64,000 nt of DNA from Patescibacteria group bacterium (GCA_041742135.1 JBGSJG010000008.1:162902-226901), one strand, 5' to 3'. Positions 9,407 to 20,707 are shown, counted from the stretch's first letter. Notes: generated by a model not told the origin, from the sequence alone. Numbers and translations are program-made.

Positions 9407-9435
9407 AATTTAACTCAATAGGAGTACAAAGTCAA
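9407..9435 (-). promoter_or_regulatory. sigma70-type promoter of the LysM gene
   Basis: Minus strand TTGACT-N17-TAAATT, then a GGGGGTGA SD-like motif at 9373-9380. Confidence 0.6.
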
Positions 9436-9618
9436 TAGACGTTTTACCGAGTTTATGGGAATATATTGACAGATCTTCGTGAAAACGTGTGTGAAAAGGT
9501 TTCCATCAGAATTTAAAATGTTAATCGACAGAAAAAGTTGACTGTCATAGACTATAGGACTGTTTAATGTTATACTGCCTAGCGAAAAAGTCGGTATTAT
9601 AGACCCTTTCGCATAAAT

Positions 9619-10845
9619 ATGGAAATTCTTTTAAACACTATAACTGTACTATCTTGGATGTTACTATTTGGACTTGGAGCTAAAGTTTTTGTCTTTATAG
9701 TGCTGTCTGCAAAACATCATAAAATGTCTGCCCTCGGACGGAGACGGCTTGGAAAATACAGGCCGTTGGTTTCAATTTTAGTGCCGTCTTACAACGAAGA
9801 GCTCGTCTTGGAAAACTGCATTATAAGTCTTCTTAATCAAGATTATTCAAACACCGAGATAATAATAGTAGATGATGGGAGTAAGGACAAAACGAAGCAA
9901 ATTGGAAAAATGATAGCAAGGCTACACCACGGTAAGGTTAGGTTATATTCAAAGGTTAATGGTGGCAAAGCATCTGCTCTTAATTTTGGAATATCAAAGG
10001 CCAAAGGCGATATAGTTGTTAGTATGGATGCTGATTCCATGTTTTTGAGAAATGCGGTTAGGAATTTAGTCTTATCTTTCTATGACCCTAACGTTGTAGC
10101 AGTAGGCGGAAGCGTAAAAGTGGCAAATAGATCCAAATTTATTAACAAGCATCAGGCTGTTGAGTACATAACTGGTCTGAATCTGCAACGGCGCGCCTTC
10201 GCGTTTATGGGTTGTATGCAAGTAATTTCTGGTGCTATTGGAGCGTTTCGTAAGGATGTTATTGTTTCTATTGGTGGCTATTCTGAAGACACGATAGTAG
10301 AAGATATGGATGTTACTTTGTCGATGGCCATGACTGGTGGTGTGGTTGAGTACAATGGTAAGGCTATTGCTTACACGGAAGCCCCAGAGTCAATTAAGGA
10401 TTTCATTAAACAAAGATATAGGTGGACTTATGGCGGATTCCAGGTCCTTAAAAAACACAAGAATTTGATTTTCAATCGAAAGCATAATAGCCTTGGATTG
10501 GTTGGTATTCCTTACTTCATGATATTCCCGTGGATAGACGTGATGGTGAGTTCGCTGTTTGTGGTAGCAATCCTAAAGGTAATAGTCGGAGGAAATGTCC
10601 TTGAGTTAATGTTGTTTTATACATTTATGTGTTTAGTGCAAGGGTCTTTACTACTCTACTCGCTTGTGATGGACAAGGAGGACAAAAAATTGGTCTTTCT
10701 GGCAGGCATAGATAGTTTGTGGTATAACCATTTGATCAGCTTTATTACCGCTAAAGCTGCCTTCAATTTCCTTAGGGGTAGGGCTACGGGTTGGAACAAA
10801 CTTGTTAGATTGGGGAAGAATTACGCTCCATTATCCGCTTCGTAA
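9619..10845 (+). CDS. Processive GT2 glycosyltransferase (PgaC/IcaA-like)
   Basis: D,D,D,QxxRW signature: VDDGSKD, MDAD, VEDMD, KQRYRW; flanking TM helices. Confidence 0.85.
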   Translation: MEILLNTITVLSWMLLFGLGAKVFVFIVLSAKHHKMSALGRRRLGKYRPLVSILVPSYNEELVLENCIISLLNQDYSNTEIIIVDDGSKDKTKQIGKMIARLHHGKVRLYSKVNGGKASALNFGISKAKGDIVVSMDADSMFLRNAVRNLVLSFYDPNVVAVGGSVKVANRSKFINKHQAVEYITGLNLQRRAFAFMGCMQVISGAIGAFRKDVIVSIGGYSEDTIVEDMDVTLSMAMTGGVVEYNGKAIAYTEAPESIKDFIKQRYRWTYGGFQVLKKHKNLIFNRKHNSLGLVGIPYFMIFPWIDVMVSSLFVVAILKVIVGGNVLELMLFYTFMCLVQGSLLLYSLVMDKEDKKLVFLAGIDSLWYNHLISFITAKAAFNFLRGRATGWNKLVRLGKNYAPLSAS

Positions 10846-10911
10846 GCCGAGTGACGGTTGAGTTTGGCACAAATTGAATCGGAGGATCGACAAACTCGCG
10901 AACAAAGTGAG

Positions 10912-10985
10912 CGGGGTTGACGAGACTCGAACTCGCGACCTTCCGCGTGACAGGCGGACGCTCTAACCAACTGAGCTACAACCCC
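10912..10985 (-). tRNA. tRNA-Asp(GTC), CCA not encoded
   Basis: Reverse strand GGGGTTG...TCCGC-CT-GTC-AC-GCGGA...GCGAG-TTCGAGT-CTCGT-CAACCCC-G. Confidence 0.95.
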
Positions 10986-11158
10986 GTGTCGAAACTGACT
11001 GCACTTATCGCAAAATGCTTGCGCTTTTGCTTATCGTTCCGTCGTTTCTCCTTTTCAAAATTGTTTATACAATTTTGGCAAAGACACGTAAACGAATTAT
11101 AGCAGAAATTAAGCTCAGTACAATTTCAGCTTCACAGTTTATAATAGAATAGATAGGA

Positions 11159-12937
11159 ATGAAAATAAGTAAGAACATGACTAATGGGGAAATTGCAGAA
11201 CTTCTGCGAGCTGTTGCGGCCTCTTACCAAATTGAAAATGAGGCTAAAAATAAGTTTAGAATCATCGCTTATAATCGCGCCGCGGATGCAATTGAGCACC
11301 TTGGAACCGAGGCCAAAGACATTTGGGACGAGGGGAATTTGGATGACGTTCCCGGAATTGGCGAAAGCTTGGCGAAACATCTGGAGGAAATTTTCAAAAC
11401 TGGCAAATCCAGCCATTTTGATAAAATTCTTCAAGGCATTCCAAAAGCTGCGCTTTCGCTTTTAGATCTTTCTGCAATCGGCCCAAAGCGGGCGTATAGA
11501 CTTGCGCGCGAGCTTAATTTACCAGAAACGGGAACGCTTGAAGCACTTAAAAAACATGCTCTGTCCGGAGACATTGCAGCATTGGACGGTTTTGGTGAGG
11601 AGATCCAAAGCGATATTGTAACGGCGATAGAAGAATTTAAGCTCAAGCCTCCAAGCCGAATGCTTTTGTCCGAGGCTGAGGAATACGCTCAAAGTCTTAT
11701 TGAGTGGATGCAAAAAATCCCTGAAGTACTGCAAATTGATACACTGGGAAGCTTACGAAGAAAAGCTCCCACAGTGGGGGACGTGGATTTGTCCGCCGCC
11801 ACGCGTGAGCCAGCAAAAGTTATTAGTCGATTTGTTGAATACCCAGAGAAGATTCGTGTGCTAAATCAAGGCGAAAAATCGGCTTCAATTCTTCTTCCGG
11901 GGAATGTTCGTGCTGACTTAAAAGTAGAATCACCCGAGACTTATGGTGCGCTTCTTCAGCATTTTACAGGCTCGAAACACCACAACGTTGCGCTTCGAGA
12001 ATTTGCGCTCAAAAAAGGTATGAGTTTGTCGGAGCATGGGATAAAAACTCAGGGTAAAACTCAAAAGATTGAATCAGAGGTCATGTTTTACAAAAAACTG
12101 GGAATGGCTTGGATTGCCCCTGAGCTGCGTGAAGGCAAAGATGAAATCCAAAAAGCGCTTGATGGTGAATTGCCTCAGTTAGTTGAACTAGCAGACATTA
12201 AGGGTGATTTACAGATTCACTCTGATTTTGATATCGAGACAAGCCATGATGTGGGAGCCTCGTCGATGGAGGAGATAGTTAAGCTCGCCGGCAGTCTTAA
12301 TTATGAATACATAGCTTTTACGGAGCACAACCCAAGCCAGAAAGGGCACAACCAAGCTCAGATAAAAGAGTTGCTTGAGAGAAAGAGGTATAAAGTTGAT
12401 CAACTTAACGACTCCGTGAAAGGTATGAAAACTAGCGTACAAAAAGTATTCAATAGTTTAGAGGTCGACATTTTGCCTGACGGAAGCTTGCCAGTTGATG
12501 AAGACGGGCTCATGAGCTTGGATTTTGCTTTGGTATCTATTCATTCTAGTTTTAAACAAGATCGCGGCAAAATGACCGAGCGAGTTTTGCGAGCACTCGA
12601 TCACCCAAAAGTTAAAATCTTCGCTCACCCCACAGCTAGGCTTTTGGAAAAAAGAGAAGGCATCGAGCTTGATTGGGATAAGATTTTTGATTTTTGCCTC
12701 AAGCACAATAAATGGATTGAAATTAATGCTGACCCCCACAGGCTTGACTTGCCTGACTTTTTAATCCGCGATGCAGTTCGCCTTGGCGTAAAGCTAACTT
12801 TGGGTACAGACTCGCATCACAAAGACGGCTTACTTAATATGAAGTATGGAGTTGCGATGGCGCGACGAGGCTGGGCTACCAAAAAAGACATTGTAAACAC
12901 TTTGCACTTGCATGAGTTTTTAGACATGTTAAAATAA
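11159..12937 (+). CDS. polX: DNA polymerase X family / PHP domain protein
   Basis: HhH (VPGIG), GSLRR, GDVDL with third Asp in RADLK, HFTGSKHHN; PHP motifs DLQIHS, TEH, AHPTAR, GTDSH. Confidence 0.92.
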   Translation: MKISKNMTNGEIAELLRAVAASYQIENEAKNKFRIIAYNRAADAIEHLGTEAKDIWDEGNLDDVPGIGESLAKHLEEIFKTGKSSHFDKILQGIPKAALSLLDLSAIGPKRAYRLARELNLPETGTLEALKKHALSGDIAALDGFGEEIQSDIVTAIEEFKLKPPSRMLLSEAEEYAQSLIEWMQKIPEVLQIDTLGSLRRKAPTVGDVDLSAATREPAKVISRFVEYPEKIRVLNQGEKSASILLPGNVRADLKVESPETYGALLQHFTGSKHHNVALREFALKKGMSLSEHGIKTQGKTQKIESEVMFYKKLGMAWIAPELREGKDEIQKALDGELPQLVELADIKGDLQIHSDFDIETSHDVGASSMEEIVKLAGSLNYEYIAFTEHNPSQKGHNQAQIKELLERKRYKVDQLNDSVKGMKTSVQKVFNSLEVDILPDGSLPVDEDGLMSLDFALVSIHSSFKQDRGKMTERVLRALDHPKVKIFAHPTARLLEKREGIELDWDKIFDFCLKHNKWIEINADPHRLDLPDFLIRDAVRLGVKLTLGTDSHHKDGLLNMKYGVAMARRGWATKKDIVNTLHLHEFLDMLK

Positions 12938-12940
12938 ATT

Positions 12941-13522
12941 ATGCCTTTTTTAATTCTTGTACCACTAGTTTTAGTAGTCGTTTGGGTAATTTCCCAATAT
13001 AACTTCTTCGTCTCGAGCAAAGCCAGAATTAAGGCTGCGGTGCAGGAGATTGGCAATCAACTTAAGCGTCAAGCCGACCTAATTCCGAATCTAGAAGCTT
13101 CTGTTAAAGGTTACATGAAGCAGGAGACAAAGGTCTTTACGATGTTAACCGATGCCAGAAAGCAAATCACCTCGGCAGTGGCGTCAGGCGATGTTCAAAA
13201 AATGTCTGATGCAGGATCTCAATTGGCTGCGGTTTTGCCAAAGCTTCAGATTGCAGTTGAAGATAATCCAGAAATTAAATCTGATACAGTTGTGGCTCGC
13301 CTTATGGATGAGCTTCGTGACACTTCAGACAAAGTAATGTATGCACGACGACTAGTAATTGACTTGACTGCGGACTACAACGTCAAGCGCGCCGTTTTCC
13401 CAACAAATTTGGTTGCTAATATGTTTAAATTCGAAGAGCAAAAAGGCCTTATCACTCCAGATTCCGGAGAGCACATGGAAGTCAGTGCCTCAGAAACTAG
13501 TTCTCCAAAAATTAATCTTTAA
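12941..13522 (+). CDS. lemA: LemA family protein
   Basis: N-terminal TM, QLKRQADLIPNL, VEDNPEIKS, YN...FPTNLVA. Confidence 0.9.
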   Translation: MPFLILVPLVLVVVWVISQYNFFVSSKARIKAAVQEIGNQLKRQADLIPNLEASVKGYMKQETKVFTMLTDARKQITSAVASGDVQKMSDAGSQLAAVLPKLQIAVEDNPEIKSDTVVARLMDELRDTSDKVMYARRLVIDLTADYNVKRAVFPTNLVANMFKFEEQKGLITPDSGEHMEVSASETSSPKINL

Positions 13523-13525
13523 GTA

Positions 13526-14446
13526 ATGCAGAACATCTACGAAGTAGCTGCCGCCAATAAGCGCAAAAGTTTTATTATCATGGGGCTTTTTGTCGTGTTT
13601 GTGACAGCTGCGGTCTATTTTCTTACTCAGGCTTTTTCTTTGTATTTTGGATACGAGGCAGGAGGATTGGGGTTTGTGGGTTTGGCTTTAATTATCTCGG
13701 GAATTTCCAGTATTGGTAGTTACTACTATAGCGATAAAATCGTCTTAGCAATAAGCCGCGCTCGCCCGGCAGACAAGAAACGAGATTATCATTTCTATAC
13801 GGTGACTGAAAATTTGGCGCTCGGTGCAGGACTACCTATGCCTAAACTCTACGTCATCGAAGACACCGCAATGAATGCTTTTGCAACGGGCAGGAATCCG
13901 GAGCACGCTGTAGTTGTTGCAACAACCGGACTTTTGTCTTACTTAAGTAGAACCGAGCTTGAAGGTGTAATCGCTCACGAGCTAACACACATTAAAAATT
14001 ACGACATACTTTTAATGTCGATTGTCACGGTGCTTGTTGGAATGATTGCGCTTTTGGCAGATATGTTTCTTCGGATGAGTTATTTTGGTGGAAGTAGCCG
14101 AAAAAAAGAAGGAGGGGGAGCACTTGTTCTCATCGGTTTTGTCTTCGCTCTTTTATCGCCATTTATTGGCCAGCTAATTAAGCTTGCAATTTCCCGGCGC
14201 CGTGAGTTTGTAGCCGATGCTGGCGCGGTAGCTATTACTCGTCAGCCTGCAGGGCTTATCTCTGCGCTAGATAAAATTGCCCATGATCACGAGCCTTTGG
14301 AAGCGGCAAATAAAGCCACTGCCCATCTTTATATTGAGAATCCATTTAAAAATAAGATAGGTGATGCCAGAGGCAACTTTGCCAGTCTTTTTAACACGCA
14401 TCCTCCAGTTGAAGAACGAATAAAAGCTCTTCAAAAAATGGCTTAA
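13526..14446 (+). CDS. htpX: M48 membrane zinc protease HtpX
   Basis: NAFATGRNP, ELEGVIAHELTH, ISRRREFVAD, THPPVEERI. Confidence 0.93.
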   Translation: MQNIYEVAAANKRKSFIIMGLFVVFVTAAVYFLTQAFSLYFGYEAGGLGFVGLALIISGISSIGSYYYSDKIVLAISRARPADKKRDYHFYTVTENLALGAGLPMPKLYVIEDTAMNAFATGRNPEHAVVVATTGLLSYLSRTELEGVIAHELTHIKNYDILLMSIVTVLVGMIALLADMFLRMSYFGGSSRKKEGGGALVLIGFVFALLSPFIGQLIKLAISRRREFVADAGAVAITRQPAGLISALDKIAHDHEPLEAANKATAHLYIENPFKNKIGDARGNFASLFNTHPPVEERIKALQKMA

Positions 14447-14500
14447 ATAGTCTAAAAACCTCTTGTTTGAGTGAGCTTTGGGAAGTATCATATTGAAGTA

Positions 14501-14800
14501 ATGCTAAGTAACACCGACATCTTGCACTTGGCCGCACTTGCGAACCTCGACCTAACTTCCGCCGAAATTGAAAAACTAAAAGGCGACCTTTCAATTGTAA
14601 TTGAGCATTTTGCAGATCTTAAAAATTTAAACACAGATAATCTTATGCCAACCAGCCAGACAACTGGTTTAATTAACGTTACACGTCAAGATGAAGTAAA
14701 CCCTGATTCTATTTTGCCTGTCAGTTCGGCAACCAGTGGCACAGATACACACAACGATTATTTTGTAGTCTCTGCACTACTGGATAAGGACGCAATTTAA
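14501..14800 (+). CDS. gatC: Asp/Glu-tRNA amidotransferase subunit C
   Basis: HLAALANL, NVTRQD, DYFVV; directly upstream of gatA. Confidence 0.85.
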   Translation: MLSNTDILHLAALANLDLTSAEIEKLKGDLSIVIEHFADLKNLNTDNLMPTSQTTGLINVTRQDEVNPDSILPVSSATSGTDTHNDYFVVSALLDKDAI

Positions 14801-14801
14801 A

Positions 14802-16199
14802 ATGGATATACCACTTACGATAGACGAGCTTCACAAAGGCTTTAAAAATAAAACTCATTCGATTTCTGGGGTTATTGAGCAATATTTATCTCGGATCGAA
14901 GCGTTTGATAAAAATCTTAACGCTTTTGTCACCGTTACTCACGATTACGCTCGCGAGCGTGCAAAAAAATTAGAAACAATATTGGCAGATAACCCAAATG
15001 CATTTGAGGAATTTCCACTTTTGGGAGTTACTATGGCAGTCAAAGATATGTACTTAACGCGCGGAGTAAGGACCACAGCGGGTTCAAAAGTGCTTGAGAG
15101 CTTTATTCCTGAGTATTCTTCAACTGCCTTTGAAAGGCTTGAGGCAGCTGGGGCGATTTTGGTTGGCAAAGCCAACTGTGATGCATGGGCGCATGGAAGT
15201 AGTGGTGAAAATAGCGATTTTGGTGCCACACACAATCCCTGGAATTTGGATTATGTACCGGGTGGGAGCTCGAGCGGATCGGCGGTAGCAGTAAGCTCTG
15301 GGATGAGCATGTTTTCGATGGGCACCGATACTGGCGGTTCAATTCGGCTTCCTGCTAGCTTTTGTAACGTCGTTGGCCTAAAGCCTACTTACGGCGCAGT
15401 CTCGCGCTACGGCGTAATAGCCATGGCCAGCTCGCTTGACTCGATGGGGCATTTTACGCGTAGCGTCAAAGACTCTGAAAAGATCTTCAAAGTTACAAGA
15501 GGGACTGATGGCCACGATGGAACACTTCGAAATGCTGACTATGCTCATAAAAATGTGAAAAAGATTGGTCTTCCGCGCGAGTACTTTTCAGACGGGTTGA
15601 GCGAAGAAGTCCGGGAGAAAACAATGGCTGCTGTCGATGTTTACAAAAAGGCTGGTTATGAAATTGTCGATGTGAGCATCCCGTCAACAAAGTATGCGAT
15701 ATCAATTTATTACATAGTCATGCCTGCGGAAGTAAGTTCAAATCTTGGCCGCTATGATGGGATCCGATACGGCAATAAACGTGATTCTTTCGGCGCCGAG
15801 GCCAAAAGAAGAATAATGCTCGGTACACACGTACTATCCAGTGGCTACTACGATGCTTATTACAATAAAGCAATGAAAGCCAGAACATTACTTAGAAATG
15901 ATTTTGACAAAGTATTTACGGAAGTAGACGCGTTAATTGCTCCAGCATCGCCCACGCTTCCATTCAAATTAGGTGAAAAAATGGATAACCCACTTGAGAT
16001 GTACTTAGCTGATATATTCACAGTATCTGCCAACTTAGTTGGAATCCCGGGAATTTCAATCCCCGCGGGCTTCAGTGATAGTGGGCTTCCGATCGGTTTT
16101 CAGTTATTTGCACCTCGCTTTATGGAATCAAGTCTTTTTGAGCTGGGAAATTCTTATCAAAGCATGACCGATTTTCATCTCAAAACACCGAGTTTATGA
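14802..16199 (+). CDS. gatA: Asp/Glu-tRNA amidotransferase subunit A
   Basis: Amidase signature PGGSSSGS, GTDTGGSIRLPA, SSNLGRYDGIRYG, RRIMLG. Confidence 0.96.
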   Translation: MDIPLTIDELHKGFKNKTHSISGVIEQYLSRIEAFDKNLNAFVTVTHDYARERAKKLETILADNPNAFEEFPLLGVTMAVKDMYLTRGVRTTAGSKVLESFIPEYSSTAFERLEAAGAILVGKANCDAWAHGSSGENSDFGATHNPWNLDYVPGGSSSGSAVAVSSGMSMFSMGTDTGGSIRLPASFCNVVGLKPTYGAVSRYGVIAMASSLDSMGHFTRSVKDSEKIFKVTRGTDGHDGTLRNADYAHKNVKKIGLPREYFSDGLSEEVREKTMAAVDVYKKAGYEIVDVSIPSTKYAISIYYIVMPAEVSSNLGRYDGIRYGNKRDSFGAEAKRRIMLGTHVLSSGYYDAYYNKAMKARTLLRNDFDKVFTEVDALIAPASPTLPFKLGEKMDNPLEMYLADIFTVSANLVGIPGISIPAGFSDSGLPIGFQLFAPRFMESSLFELGNSYQSMTDFHLKTPSL

Positions 16200-17473
16200 A
16201 GGAAATAAGAAGTTTATTATCAAATCGTAATTTTGTGCATCTGTGGGCATCACAGATCATTTCGCAAATTGTCGTGAACACTTTGAGCTTTTTGCTTTTG
16301 GTTTATCTTTTTGAAAAAACTGGCTCAACCATTGCAACGTCGTTAATCTGGGTGGCATACGCTTTGCCGGCCGTAGTATTTGGCCCCATTGCTGGGGTCT
16401 CTGCTGATGTGGCCAATAAGCGCAAAGTTTTAGTTGTTACGTTGATGGCAGAGGCGGCGATAGTTTTTGTGTTCGCGTTTTTATATTCTCGTTATCTATT
16501 TTTGGCTTATGGAATCGTGTTTTTCTACTCAATGGCAAATCATTTTTATATTCCTGCCGAAGCAGCCTCTCTTCCGATTCTTGTCAAAAAGAAAAGCTTG
16601 GCATTCGCAAACAGTTTGTTTTTCATGACCACTCAACTGGGTTTGGCTGTTGGCTTTTTGTCTGCGGGAGTTTTATATGAGAGCTTCGGCCTTCGCTCGA
16701 GTCTTCTGATTAGCTCAATACTCTTGCTTCTTGCGGGCACGTCTGTAAGTTTTTTGCCAAAGCTTAAGTCCACCACCAAGTTGCCAAAAGGCTTTTCTGC
16801 AGGTGTCAGCAAATTCTTTGAAGAATTCTTGGAAGGCTACAGATTTATTAAAGATACTAAGAAAATTTTTCTTCCGTTTTTACTTTTGATCGGACTTCAG
16901 TCCGCACTTTCTGTTCTCATGATCACTGTGCCTGTTTTGGCCCGAGATATTGTTCATGTACGCCCAAGTCTTGCTGGCGTAACAATTATTGCGCCTGCAA
17001 TTATCGGAGCAGTTTTGTGCAGCATATTGATCTCAAAGGCCATTGCCAGAGGGTTTTTGCAAAAGCGGATTATTGAAATTTCTTTGTTTTCACTTTCTCT
17101 AGCTCTTGTGCTTTTGGGAGCTATTGTTCCGAGCTTGCATTTTTGGGCGGGGCGCACCGCCGCAGTTGTGATATTTTTTATAGCTGGAGCGGCTTACGTA
17201 GGAACGCTTATTCCGACACTAACACACTTGCAAATATCAACCCCAGAAGATAAATTAGGGCGTGTTTTTGGAAGTATTTGGTTTATTACCACAGCAGCCA
17301 CGGTTATTCCTGTTTTGTTCTCAGCAACCATCACAGAAGTTTTTGGAGTAGGTTTAACAACGACAATATTGGGACTTTTCGGCTTTAGCATGTTCTTTGT
17401 TTCTGAGTTTGCCGAGCCTGGGGCATTGCAATATCGATTTCAGCAAATTTTCAAAAGGAGGAAAAATGACTAG
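16196..17473 (+). CDS. Major facilitator superfamily transporter
   Basis: About 12 TMs, [25 protein letters not shown] motif [12 protein letters not shown]. Confidence 0.85.
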   Translation: MKEIRSLLSNRNFVHLWASQIISQIVVNTLSFLLLVYLFEKTGSTIATSLIWVAYALPAVVFGPIAGVSADVANKRKVLVVTLMAEAAIVFVFAFLYSRYLFLAYGIVFFYSMANHFYIPAEAASLPILVKKKSLAFANSLFFMTTQLGLAVGFLSAGVLYESFGLRSSLLISSILLLLAGTSVSFLPKLKSTTKLPKGFSAGVSKFFEEFLEGYRFIKDTKKIFLPFLLLIGLQSALSVLMITVPVLARDIVHVRPSLAGVTIIAPAIIGAVLCSILISKAIARGFLQKRIIEISLFSLSLALVLLGAIVPSLHFWAGRTAAVVIFFIAGAAYVGTLIPTLTHLQISTPEDKLGRVFGSIWFITTAATVIPVLFSATITEVFGVGLTTTILGLFGFSMFFVSEFAEPGALQYRFQQIFKRRKND

Positions 17474-18785
17474 CTATAAACCTGTAATCGGCTTAGAAGT
17501 TCACGTAGAGCTTTCTACAAATTCTAAAATGTTTTGTGGTTGTCCGGCTGATCATTTTGGAAAAAAACCTAATACGCAGGTTTGCCCTGTTTGTTTGGGT
17601 TTGCCAGGAGCTCTTCCTTTTACTAATCATAAAGCGATTGAAAGCTGTATCAAATTTGGTTTAGCACTGGGGAGCCGGATCGCCAGTTTTTCAAAATTTG
17701 ACCGCAAGCACTATTTTTACCCTGATTTGCCAAAGGCGTATCAGATTAGCCAGTACGATCTGCCGCTTTGTGAAGGTGGCTCGTGGACTTCTAGCGCCGG
17801 CAAATTGGTAAGAATTCGCAGGATTCACCAGGAGGAAGATACGGGAAAGCTGGTACATGCTGAGATAGATGGCAAAAAGGTTAGTTTGGTTGATTTTAAT
17901 CGTAGTGGAGTTCCTCTTGTTGAGCTAGTCACTGAGCCTGATTTTGATTCAGTCGAGCTGGCTGACGAGTTTTTAAGAGAAATTCAAATGCTTGTTCGGT
18001 ATCTTGGAATTTCAGGAGCGGACATGGAAAAGGGCTCTATGCGCCTCGAGGCCAATATCTCAGTTAGACCGGAAGGTGCGACTGAGTTGCCAGATTATAA
18101 AGTTGAGCTTAAAAACATTAATTCTTTTAGATTTTTACAAAAAGCAGTTGCGGCAGAAATCGCTCGCCAGTCTGAGATTTTGGAAAAAGGGGAGAAGGTT
18201 AAACAGGAAACCCGGGGCTACGACGAAGAGCGCGATCGCACTTTTTCTCAGCGTAGCAAAGAGGAAGCAAAAGACTATCGCTATTTTCCTGAGCCTGACA
18301 TTCCGCCGCTTGAGCTGGCAGAAACGCAAATTAAGCAAATTCGAAGTTCCTTGCCAGAGCTTCCCGGGGCAAAGCGAACGCGGCTCATGCAAATACTACC
18401 CGCAAATTATGTGGATGTGTTGATTGCCGATCCTGGGCGCTGTGAATACTTCGATAAAGCGGCTAGTCTGGCCAGTCAGCACAATATTTCTCCTAAAGAA
18501 ATAGCTGGAGTGATGGTGAACCAAAATCTTGATCGCGAATTCCCCGAGCCCGTTGGCTTAATTAAGAAACTCTTGGAGCTTCAAAATGTGGATTATGCAT
18601 CAGCTTCTGAAATTGAGTTGGCTATTCGTAAAGTGGTGGCTGAAAACCAAAAAGCAGTCACTGATTATAAATCTGGAAAAACTCAAGTTTTGGGCTTTTT
18701 GGTCGGTCAAGTACAAAAAGAGCTGAAAGGCAGGGGAGAAACAAAATTTGTGGTATCTCAGTTGATGCAGGAGCTTCAGCATTAA
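17466..18785 (+). CDS. gatB: Asp/Glu-tRNA amidotransferase subunit B
   Basis: [38 protein letters not shown]; start ATG 17466. Confidence 0.96.
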   Translation: MTSYKPVIGLEVHVELSTNSKMFCGCPADHFGKKPNTQVCPVCLGLPGALPFTNHKAIESCIKFGLALGSRIASFSKFDRKHYFYPDLPKAYQISQYDLPLCEGGSWTSSAGKLVRIRRIHQEEDTGKLVHAEIDGKKVSLVDFNRSGVPLVELVTEPDFDSVELADEFLREIQMLVRYLGISGADMEKGSMRLEANISVRPEGATELPDYKVELKNINSFRFLQKAVAAEIARQSEILEKGEKVKQETRGYDEERDRTFSQRSKEEAKDYRYFPEPDIPPLELAETQIKQIRSSLPELPGAKRTRLMQILPANYVDVLIADPGRCEYFDKAASLASQHNISPKEIAGVMVNQNLDREFPEPVGLIKKLLELQNVDYASASEIELAIRKVVAENQKAVTDYKSGKTQVLGFLVGQVQKELKGRGETKFVVSQLMQELQH

Positions 18786-20707
18786 CTCTTTGCATTCAGC
18801 CAAGCAATTACATGTTTCCAGCCAGGAAGAGCAAAATCTCGACTAAACTCGTTGTATCTTTCTTCTAAAAATATATTTAAATCAGTTTTGTCTTCGAGTA
18901 TGTGAGCGTAAACTGCCAAACAAGAGTTAAGATTTTCGTCTAGAAATTGTACATATTCCTCTGGGCTTGCAAAATCTTCTGGGTTTTGTAAGCCAATGTT
19001 AGTTATCCAAGGAGAGAATACAATTGCTCGTGAGACGTAGGTTTCCCAGCACGTATCAGTAGAATCTCCTAAAAAAGGTCGTATCTTTTCTTTATATTCA
19101 TCGGCAGAACGGTTAAGCTCGTCAACACTTGTGGTCCCGGTGTGTGGTAGGAGTTGCGGTATAGTCCAGTCGAGGCTGCCGATATCTAGCCCTGCTCCCG
19201 CAAGCCTTACAACCCAAGCTCCGTATGGTTCCACTGTTCCGTCATTAAAATCTTGAGCAGAGACCTCTCCTCCGGACATCCATTCTTGGTAGTGGCCATC
19301 CAAGTTGTTTAAAATATTTGCAACTTGCTCGCTAGTAGCTATACCCGTGTTTGCGTCTTCTTCTTGGTTTAGCCGCAATCTCCATCCACCAGACACGTTA
19401 ACTGCTGGGTTTACAAGAAAGTGTATTAGTTGATCAAAGCCATAGCCACTTAACCTAGTAAGAGTTGCGATTTCAGATTCGTTTAGTGCTCCTGACAGAT
19501 CTCGCGATTTGGTTTCATGCAAAACTGCCAACAATACTGAGCCTGCGGGCGCAATGGCGTTCAAGTGTGAGAAAGTTTGCCTAGATTGATCTGCGGACAT
19601 AGTCATAAGTTCTTCGATGTGCTCTTCTGACCCTTCGTAGGAGATACCAAGTTTGCGAGCTAGATTAGCAAGAGATTCCAACTCGGTTTTTGATATAACG
19701 GACTCTTGTTCTCTCATGACAGTAGAGCTGGCAAGAAATGAATTGGTTGCAATATCATCTCCAATTGACGCGATTTCTCCCGCAGATTCTATCGTACGAC
19801 TAAAAAGCTTAAACGTTTCTTTTAAAGGCGCGTTTTCGACAAGGTCTGTGAAATTTCCAGATCCATCAAACAACTCTAGCCAGTTTACTTGGGGATAATG
19901 TTTAAGCTCATGAAAAAAAACTTTTAAGAAATCACGATCAGTTTGAACTTCCACAGCCCTCTCTTGACGATGTGCGACGCCAGCATAAGACCCAACTGTC
20001 TCAGTTATATCAGCTGTCAACCGGACTTCCCGTAGGCCTGAGGCAATTACAGGGTATTTACCAACCAGGATATCCTCTTTTAAGACATTTGCTGTCTCAG
20101 TCCAAGAGTCGTTCCATTCTGGGTCGCTCGTCAAACGACTACTTGCTTCACCTAACGACACAGAGATTCCAATTGTCCCTCGAGCTTGTTCTCTTAGGTT
20201 TTCCAGGTGATTTGGATCAGGATAAAACCTATCATTTTCAAGTTTTTTAAGGACTTTAACAATCCTTTCGTGATCTTGACCTTCAATTGGCGTTTGTACT
20301 CGCCCGTCGAGCCTGTCCTCGATTAACGAGGACAAGTAAGCAATCTCGCGAAATATTGGAACGCGTAGTGTATGTTCTTGGTGAAAACCTTGCCGAATTT
20401 CTTTTAGTGCGTTAGCCGTGAGTTCTTTGATTTCGTTGAAATCAGCGATTGCGCTCTCTGTATGCCCTGGCTCTTCAAATATGTCTACAAACTCATCAGG
20501 CAAGCGGCTTATTGGCTTTTTTATAGTTTCAAAATCCTTATATATTTTCGTTCCCGGCTCCAAATCGTTTCCGTAGTCAGTTCTTACTTGAATTCTGTCC
20601 CATCCTGGGGAAGTATGATTTGGAAATTCTTCTGCTATGACTCCTTCGCTTTGTCTAAGACCCGGAATACGGCCTAAGACTAGGAGTGCCGCAGTATTTT
20701 TCCCCAT
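18782..20707 (-). CDS. Large orphan protein with HEXXH motif; frame open upstream to 20779, including a twin-arginine motif
   Basis: 641-aa [11 protein letters not shown]; upstream in-frame codons read ACG-ADDLESPQTNRISRRDFLR. Confidence 0.65.
   Translation of the reverse strand: MGKNTAALLVLGRIPGLRQSEGVIAEEFPNHTSPGWDRIQVRTDYGNDLEPGTKIYKDFETIKKPISRLPDEFVDIFEEPGHTESAIADFNEIKELTANALKEIRQGFHQEHTLRVPIFREIAYLSSLIEDRLDGRVQTPIEGQDHERIVKVLKKLENDRFYPDPNHLENLREQARGTIGISVSLGEASSRLTSDPEWNDSWTETANVLKEDILVGKYPVIASGLREVRLTADITETVGSYAGVAHRQERAVEVQTDRDFLKVFFHELKHYPQVNWLELFDGSGNFTDLVENAPLKETFKLFSRTIESAGEIASIGDDIATNSFLASSTVMREQESVISKTELESLANLARKLGISYEGSEEHIEELMTMSADQSRQTFSHLNAIAPAGSVLLAVLHETKSRDLSGALNESEIATLTRLSGYGFDQLIHFLVNPAVNVSGGWRLRLNQEEDANTGIATSEQVANILNNLDGHYQEWMSGGEVSAQDFNDGTVEPYGAWVVRLAGAGLDIGSLDWTIPQLLPHTGTTSVDELNRSADEYKEKIRPFLGDSTDTCWETYVSRAIVFSPWITNIGLQNPEDFASPEEYVQFLDENLNSCLAVYAHILEDKTDLNIFLEERYNEFSRDFALPGWKHVIAWLNAKS

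Noticed and set aside
2841-9500. GTGTGAAAA / CGTGAAAAC motifs near 2842 and 9478-9497 as parS sites
   Set aside because: Only half-site similarity; no TGTTTCACGTGAAACA-type palindrome.
9581-9612. Hairpin GCGAAA..GTC/GAC..TTTCGC before the GT2 start as a c-di-GMP riboswitch
   Set aside because: Single imperfect stem without the two-hairpin GEMM consensus.
8571-10878. CACAAATTGA repeated at 8571-8580 and 10868-10877 near tRNA 3' ends, as a possible att pair
   Set aside because: Only 10 AT-rich bases, not a duplicated tRNA 3' end, and no integrase nearby.
8427-11102. ORFs 8427-8612 and 10917-11102
   Set aside because: They are translations of tRNA genes.
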